From assembly GCA_964591365.1 (NCBI GenBank), contig CAZQAP010000001.1, positions 1 through 51,012 on the forward strand: 51,012 nucleotides of DNA. The letters are read 5' to 3'. The position numbers were made by a program, and so were the translations under genes. The notes beneath the pieces are model-generated. The model saw only the letters and a list, made by a program, of their open reading frames with translations. It ran no database searches and was not told the origin of the DNA. Positions 46,029 through 51,012 of this stretch are shown here, in pieces (position 1 is the first letter of the stretch; each line of letters opens with the position of its first letter). The DNA comes from an uncultured Planctomycetales bacterium. GTDB lineage: Bacteria > Planctomycetota > UBA1135.

Positions 46029-47428
46029 CCGTTCCCATGGATCTGCTGCCCGTCTTGGAGGGCCTCCATACCGCCGAGGCATTCAACTCCAAGTTCCTCC
46101 TTTCCTTCTTTCAACGGGTCGAGGAGATCCAGCGGCGCCCGCAAGATTTCCAGGGCGCGCTGCAGGGGCGGGTCCTTGCCACGGTTTTTTTCGAGCCTTC
46201 CACCCGGACCCGGCTCTCTTTCGAAGCTGCGGCCCTTCGGCTGGGGGGTGGAGTGATCAGCCTGGGGGATCCGAAGGCCTCCAGCCGTTCCAAGGGCGAG
46301 ACCCTCCAGGACACCATCCGCATGCTCGGCTCCTATGCGGATCTGGTCGTGCTGCGCCACTCCGCGGAAGGGGCTTCCCGTCTGGCGGCCCGCTGCACGC
46401 GCGTGCCTGTGATCAACGGGGGCGATGGGCGCCTGGGTCATCCCACCCAGACCCTGGTCGACCTGGCCACGCTGCACGAGGCGTGGGGCAGCTTCGAGGG
46501 ACGCACTGTCGGGGTGATGGGCGACCTCCTGCATGGACGGACCGCCCGTTCCCTGGCCTGGGGACTGGCTCTTCTGGGAGCCCGGATGGTCCTTCTGCCC
46601 GCCCCCGGCCTCGACTGGGAACCCGGGTTCGAAGAGCGCATCGTCTCCCGGCACGGGCTTCGCCGGCAAAGGGTCTCCCATCCTCTCTTTCGCGCCTGGA
46701 TCGGCAGCCCGGAGGCCCGTCTGCTCGAGCCCCGGGGTCTGGTCCAGGCACGCCTCTTTCCAGGGGCAGGGACCGCCGAGCCGCTGGAAAGGCTGGATGC
46801 GCTCTATCTCACGCGCCTGCAGGAGGAGCGCGGAGCCCGCACCGGCCGGGAAGGCTATCCCGGGCTTTTGCCGGCTCAGCTCCAGGATCCGCTCCTGCGC
46901 GACTGCCTGGTGCTCCACCCCCTTCCCCGGCGGGGGGAACTGCCGAAATCCATCGATTCCGATCCCCGTGCCCGGTATTTCCAACAGGCCGCGCTGGGGC
47001 CGGTGGTGCGGCAAGCCCTCTTCCTGGCCTTGTTGAGGCCGGAGCGGTGGCCCCTGGCCCCCTTGAACCCGCTCCCCGCGGGCCGGATGGAGGCCGGTCT
47101 GGAACCCTGCCCCAACGAGCGTTGCGTAAGCCGCAGGGAGGGGCAGGAAGACCCCACCTGGCGTCTGTCGGGCACTCTTCCCCGGCGGTTCCTCTGCGCC
47201 TGGTGCGATACCCCCTTCCAGGTGGAGTATGCCGGGTGCCGGTCCACCCGCAGGCTCCATCCGGTCCACGCTGCCCTGGTCCAGCGGATCAGCCCGGAAA
47301 ACCTGCGGCCCTTCTCGGACCGTGACGCCGGGCTGGCGGAAGGATATGTTTGGAGTGCATCGGGGGGCCCTCCCCGCCCCCACCCCGCTGGAAACCGGAG
47401 TCCCCAGGGAAAGGTTCCCCAGGGCTAG
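46025..47428 (+). CDS. pyrB: Aspartate carbamoyltransferase catalytic chain fused to a PyrI-type zinc-binding module
   Basis: ATG 46025 overlaps the upstream stop (ATGA). PyrB motifs are FFEPSTRTRLSFE, ..GHPTQTLVDLATL.. and ..LHPLPRRGELPKSID.DPRARYFQQA..G...R.ALF. They are followed by ..CPNERCVSRRE...FLCAWCDTPF.. (CxxxxC...CxxC), which resembles the C-terminal Zn domain of the regulatory chain PyrI. Confidence 0.85.
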   Translation: MTVPMDLLPVLEGLHTAEAFNSKFLLSFFQRVEEIQRRPQDFQGALQGRVLATVFFEPSTRTRLSFEAAALRLGGGVISLGDPKASSRSKGETLQDTIRMLGSYADLVVLRHSAEGASRLAARCTRVPVINGGDGRLGHPTQTLVDLATLHEAWGSFEGRTVGVMGDLLHGRTARSLAWGLALLGARMVLLPAPGLDWEPGFEERIVSRHGLRRQRVSHPLFRAWIGSPEARLLEPRGLVQARLFPGAGTAEPLERLDALYLTRLQEERGARTGREGYPGLLPAQLQDPLLRDCLVLHPLPRRGELPKSIDSDPRARYFQQAALGPVVRQALFLALLRPERWPLAPLNPLPAGRMEAGLEPCPNERCVSRREGQEDPTWRLSGTLPRRFLCAWCDTPFQVEYAGCRSTRRLHPVHAALVQRISPENLRPFSDRDAGLAEGYVWSASGGPPRPHPAGNRSPQGKVPQG

Positions 47429-47529
47429 ATCCCCCAGGGCCAGGTGTGCGTTAACGAACAGTCTGCGCGGCCCCGCCCGCCCGGGGGCTCCTGTCCCCTC
47501 CGAAGACCTTGGAATGACAATTGCTACAG

Positions 47530-50500
47530 ATGAAAGGTAGGCAGGCCCTCCGGAAGGCCCCTCTTCAGGGCCGGCCGGGGCCGCCTGGCTTCCAAGCGAC
47601 CCGAACCGTGAACCCGAACCTCGATTCCGTCCTGACCTTGGCACGCACCCCCTCCCGCCTCCGCCTTGCTCTCCTCCGCCCCCTGTCCGCTTTCCTGCTC
47701 TTCCTGACGGTCTCCGCGGCGGGATTGTTCCTGGTCCCCGGCTGCGGGGGAGGGGGAACCGGATCCCGCGGCGTTTCCGGAGCGGGCGCGCAGACGCTGC
47801 TCCTGAAATCGGCGGTCTGGGGCCGGCTTGTGGACGTGATCGACATCAACGGCGTCCTGGCCCTCTCGGACGTCCTGGTCCAGCCGGATCTGACGATCGA
47901 TGAGGTGAACTATGAACTCTCCACCAACCCCGTCACCCAGAATGAAACCCTCAAGGTGCTCCAGCCCAAAGGGAGCGTCCTGTTCAACGCCCTTCTCGCT
48001 GCCGCCCGTTCCAACCTTCCCTCCATCACGCCCAAAGGCGCCAGCAACCCGCCGCCCTTCCCCCTGGTCAGCCGCAATGCCGCCATCCGGCTCGGGTTTT
48101 CCACGACCATCGCCCCCTCCTCGGTGGATCCCACCACGGTTCAGGTCCTGGTGGGCAATCCCGCCGTCCTGGCCCAAAGTGTGCGTTACGTGGTCCGCAA
48201 CGAGGGCAACGAGGGCTTCATCCTGCTCGACCCGACGATTTCCGCTCAGCAGTCGGCTCAGCTCGGAATCCAGCAGAATGCAGTCGGATTCCCGGAATCG
48301 GTGGACCAAGTCAACAGCAATCTTGTCATCCGCATTCCGACCCGGGTCAACATCTTTCTGGGACAAGCCAGCGTTCTGGTCAGTCAGGGTCAGTCGAAAC
48401 CCTTGAGTCCGGGGCCAAAGGATCCCCTGGAATTCACGTCCCAGGGAGATCCCGTGGTGGTCCGGGCGCTTCGAACCGGCAACCGGGGGGATCTCTTCCG
48501 GGGTTTCCTCCAGGATATCCAGCGTCCCGACATCGTGGCCCAACAGCCCGTAACGGGGTCCAACGTCTCCCAGGATCCTGGCACCGGGCTGGTCACCATG
48601 GACTACTCCCTGGACATCCTCAATTGCCAGACCCTGACCCCCAAGACCGGGGATCTTTTCGAGATCGGCGGCACGATCCTGATGGTTTCCGCGGTGCTCG
48701 ACAATGACCCTTCGGGGGGATTCACCGTCCGGGGAACCCTGCTCCAGGGACAGGCCGCCGCCCTGGCCGGCAAGGGCATCCTGACCACCCGCTACGTCGA
48801 AGCCGACCGTCTGGTGCAGCCCTGCTTCCTGACCATTACGCCGGCTCCCGCCAACCCGGCCGATCTGCCCACCGCGAACCTGGATCCGGCCTCCCTGGTC
48901 ACGGTCACCTTCGACGAACCGATTGACGAGCTGAGCGTCCGCTCCATGGACTCCATGGTCCTGACTTCCTGGATTGACGATCCGAGTTCGGCTGCCACCT
49001 ATTTCCAGAGGGAGGGCTCCATCTTCGAGCAGGAAACCGTGGGTCAGTACATCGACCGCCTGCTCGGATTCGACCAGAACACCGGTTCCGGGCGCGTTTA
49101 TCACGGCCCCGTCGAAGTGACCAACGGCAACCGTTCCTTCACCTTCATGCCGGTCTCGGGGTTTTCCGACGGAAGCAACGACATTGCGAATTTCGGGATC
49201 ATCCGCTTTGCCCTGGCTCTTCGGGACGGGCCCGAAGGGATCCGGGATCTTTCCGGCAACCCGATCCGCTTTTCCGACTTCGTGGCGGGAGTCACTTCGG
49301 GGCCGAATGCCCAGGTGACCGGCATCACCGTGGATCAAACCGGGACGGTCCCTTCCACGAAGGTCTTCTCCCTGCGGGCTTCGAGCATCGACGAGGACGG
49401 GGACGGCTACGCAGAATACACCGGGGAGTTCACCATCGCGGACGGGCAGTTGAGCGGGCGGCCCGCAACCCATTTTGCCCTGCAGGCCGATTCCTCCAAC
49501 GAATTCGTCGGCGGGGGGGGGGCCAGCACAACCAAAACTGTCGGAGGGCCCTCCAACCCCAATACTCCTCCTCCATTCGACCCGCTGACTCCGGCGGGAG
49601 CGGTGGTGATGACGGCTTACCGGCCCAATGACTTCGGCATGGGCCTCAGTTACGCCGATCCCCAGGACTACAACCTCGACATCGAGGGGATGAGCTGGGC
49701 GCCGCTGGGCGGTGTTCTTTTCGACGACACCTTCCCCCGTTTCAGTCTCGCGCTGGCCCATTCCAACCGCCTGCCCGACGAGACCATAAACCCGCTGTCG
49801 CAGCTGCCGGTCTTCACGAATTCGGGGCTCCGCACGACGGAGAACTTCGATATGAACATTCTCGGCTTCCCTCTTTTCGATGAAAAAACGGTGATTGATA
49901 CCGAATACACGCTGCGGGCGATCAACCTCTTCAATGCCACTTCCGGTGTGGCCATGCTGCCCTTCCCCGATTTCAGCAGCACCTACACCTGGCGGGACAC
50001 GGCCATTCCCCAGCAGGTGGGGGACGGGTCGATTCCCACCGTGGGCGGGCCCAACGGAGTCGGTGCGCCTCCTCTGCCCGCACTGCAGCCGGGCCAGGCC
50101 ACGGTCTTTCCCGCCGATCTCGTGCCTTCGGCGGGAAGTCCGCTGCTGGTCCGCTTCCGCTGCTTCCCCCGGGGTCAGTTTCTCGGAATCAACCAGTTCC
50201 AGATCACCCAGATGGTGGCCACTTCGGCCCTGCCCGCCTTCCGGATCTTCTCCGCGGGAGGCAAGGATGCCTCCGGCACATGGAACCTCGTGATCCCCGA
50301 CAACGCCGCTTCCGGGGGAACCATCCCCCAAGGCGGGTTCAATGCCGTCACCGGCCAGCGGACCCTGCAGAACGATTCCATGGTCTACTGGATCCAGGGC
50401 GATTTTGTCATCCGCGTTTCGCGGGTCTACACCCACTGGTTCTTTTTCGGGGGAACCCTGGGACAGATCCGCGGGGTCACCCTGGAACCGGACAATCCCC

Positions 50501-50802
50501 AGCAGCTTCCGGGAACCAAGGTCCTGGTCAGCTACCGGGGGACAGCCGTGGTGAATCCGGCCAGCGGAAACAATCCTTCCGCCTTGCAGGATGCGGACAT
50601 GCCCCTGGATGACTATGGGGACCACCTGGGGTCTCCCTTCGGAGGGATCGCCACTCCCACCGACTGGACGGACGATCCTTCCGACCTGGCCGGAAGTGCG
50701 GGAAACCAGTACTTCCAGCTTCGCTTCACCTTCGTGTCGAACATCCAGCTCGACATTCAATCGCACATGGAGGGGTTCGGCCTGGCCTACGACACGAACT
50801 GA
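47530..50802 (+). CDS. Large predicted lipoprotein (~1090 aa) with Ig-like/beta-rich repeats; function unknown
   Basis: The h-region and lipobox are ..LLRPLSAFLLFLTVSAAGLFLVPGC-GGGGTG. The composition is Thr/Ser/Gly/Asn/Pro/Val-rich and Lys-poor. Segments such as AAIRLGFSTTIAPSSVDPTTVQVLV and LVTVTFDEPIDELSVRSMDSMVL resemble bacterial Ig-like (Big/SbsA-type) strands. The start is ambiguous (ATG 47530, GTG 47608 or TTG 47638). Confidence 0.7.
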   Translation: MKGRQALRKAPLQGRPGPPGFQATRTVNPNLDSVLTLARTPSRLRLALLRPLSAFLLFLTVSAAGLFLVPGCGGGGTGSRGVSGAGAQTLLLKSAVWGRLVDVIDINGVLALSDVLVQPDLTIDEVNYELSTNPVTQNETLKVLQPKGSVLFNALLAAARSNLPSITPKGASNPPPFPLVSRNAAIRLGFSTTIAPSSVDPTTVQVLVGNPAVLAQSVRYVVRNEGNEGFILLDPTISAQQSAQLGIQQNAVGFPESVDQVNSNLVIRIPTRVNIFLGQASVLVSQGQSKPLSPGPKDPLEFTSQGDPVVVRALRTGNRGDLFRGFLQDIQRPDIVAQQPVTGSNVSQDPGTGLVTMDYSLDILNCQTLTPKTGDLFEIGGTILMVSAVLDNDPSGGFTVRGTLLQGQAAALAGKGILTTRYVEADRLVQPCFLTITPAPANPADLPTANLDPASLVTVTFDEPIDELSVRSMDSMVLTSWIDDPSSAATYFQREGSIFEQETVGQYIDRLLGFDQNTGSGRVYHGPVEVTNGNRSFTFMPVSGFSDGSNDIANFGIIRFALALRDGPEGIRDLSGNPIRFSDFVAGVTSGPNAQVTGITVDQTGTVPSTKVFSLRASSIDEDGDGYAEYTGEFTIADGQLSGRPATHFALQADSSNEFVGGGGASTTKTVGGPSNPNTPPPFDPLTPAGAVVMTAYRPNDFGMGLSYADPQDYNLDIEGMSWAPLGGVLFDDTFPRFSLALAHSNRLPDETINPLSQLPVFTNSGLRTTENFDMNILGFPLFDEKTVIDTEYTLRAINLFNATSGVAMLPFPDFSSTYTWRDTAIPQQVGDGSIPTVGGPNGVGAPPLPALQPGQATVFPADLVPSAGSPLLVRFRCFPRGQFLGINQFQITQMVATSALPAFRIFSAGGKDASGTWNLVIPDNAASGGTIPQGGFNAVTGQRTLQNDSMVYWIQGDFVIRVSRVYTHWFFFGGTLGQIRGVTLEPDNPQQLPGTKVLVSYRGTAVVNPASGNNPSALQDADMPLDDYGDHLGSPFGGIATPTDWTDDPSDLAGSAGNQYFQLRFTFVSNIQLDIQSHMEGFGLAYDTN

Positions 50803-50827
50803 CGTTCGGCTCGGGACCACCATCATC

Positions 50828-51012
50828 ATGCACAGGAATTCCGAAAATCGACTTCAAAGCGGATTCCCGGGGAGGGGCCGGGTTGCCGCTTTTTGCCGGA
50901 CCGGGGCGCTTTTTTCCGCGCTTCTGGTTCTCTCCGGATGCGGGGGTTCCGGAGCGAAGAGCAAGTTCGGGAATTTCCCAGGCAGCGGAAAGGCCAGGCT
51001 TACCCTAGACCC
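50828..51012 (+). CDS. Predicted lipoprotein, N-terminal fragment (continues beyond the window)
   Basis: My own translation from ATG 50828 is MHRNSENRLQSGFPGRGRVAAFCRTGALFSALLVLSGCGGSGAKSKFGNFPGSGKARLTLD, open to the window end. It has a canonical lipobox L-S-G-C followed by a Gly-rich linker, as in the upstream gene. Confidence 0.5.
   Translation, partial: MHRNSENRLQSGFPGRGRVAAFCRTGALFSALLVLSGCGGSGAKSKFGNFPGSGKARLTLD

Noticed and set aside
47524-50829. A 1101-aa ORF on the - strand almost exactly mirrors the lipoprotein gene.
   Set aside because: It lies in the codon-aligned antisense frame, where antisense position 1 pairs with sense position 3. In a GC3-rich gene that frame almost never forms T-initial stop codons. 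The translation is Gly/Arg/Asp/Pro/His-rich with no signal peptide or motif, whereas the + strand has a lipoprotein signal and protein-like composition. It is a shadow ORF.

Overview
This is a GC-rich bacterial chromosomal segment, roughly two-thirds G+C by eye with strong GC3 bias. It is tightly packed and almost entirely on the + strand.

**Positions 1-27.8 kb** form one uninterrupted translation/transcription super-cluster: rplK (partial)-rplA-rplJ-rplL-rpoB-rpoC-rpsL-rpsG-[Tsr3/DTW-like ORF]-fusA-like-rpsJ-rplC-rplD-rplW-rplB-rpsS-rplV-rpsC-rplP-rpmC-rpsQ-rplN-rplX-rplE-rpsN-rpsH-rplF-rplR-rpsE-rplO-secY-adk-infA-rpmJ-rpsM-rpsK-rpsD-rpoA-rplQ. It contains no tuf, rpmD or map.

**The rest of the window** runs as follows:
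- dnaE and a serine-palmitoyltransferase-like alpha-oxoamine synthase lie on the - strand.
- A divergent SDR epimerase/reductase gene follows on the + strand.
- An RNA-gene knot comes next: tRNA-Arg(ACG)-tadA-tRNA-Ser(CGA)-tRNA-Ser(GGA)-SRP RNA.
- A long co-directional string follows: dnaX-ybaB-recR-truA(+hpf in the same ORF)-ptsN-npr-DUF2344-rng-rplU-rpmA-obg-PDZ protein-coaX-mnmE-like-pyrB(+PyrI zinc module).
- The window ends with a ~1090-aa lipoprotein gene and the start of a second lipoprotein gene.

**Negative result.** I found no CRISPR array, transposase/integrase, toxin-antitoxin pair or recognisable defence island. This is core housekeeping DNA.

**Novelty candidates** are unusual insertions and fusions touching the translation apparatus:
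- a Tsr3-like gene inside the str operon;
- an EF-G with a degenerate domain-IV tip;
- a natural S12 R88;
- a TruA-HPF read-through ORF;
- a PyrB-PyrI(Zn) fusion;
- an SPT-like/SDR pair;
- -10-like hexamers abutting start codons, which suggests leaderless transcripts;
- an uncharacterised giant lipoprotein.

**Limits.** All family assignments come from reading motifs against remembered family signatures. No database search was run. The many long antisense ORFs in the track are GC3 shadow ORFs.
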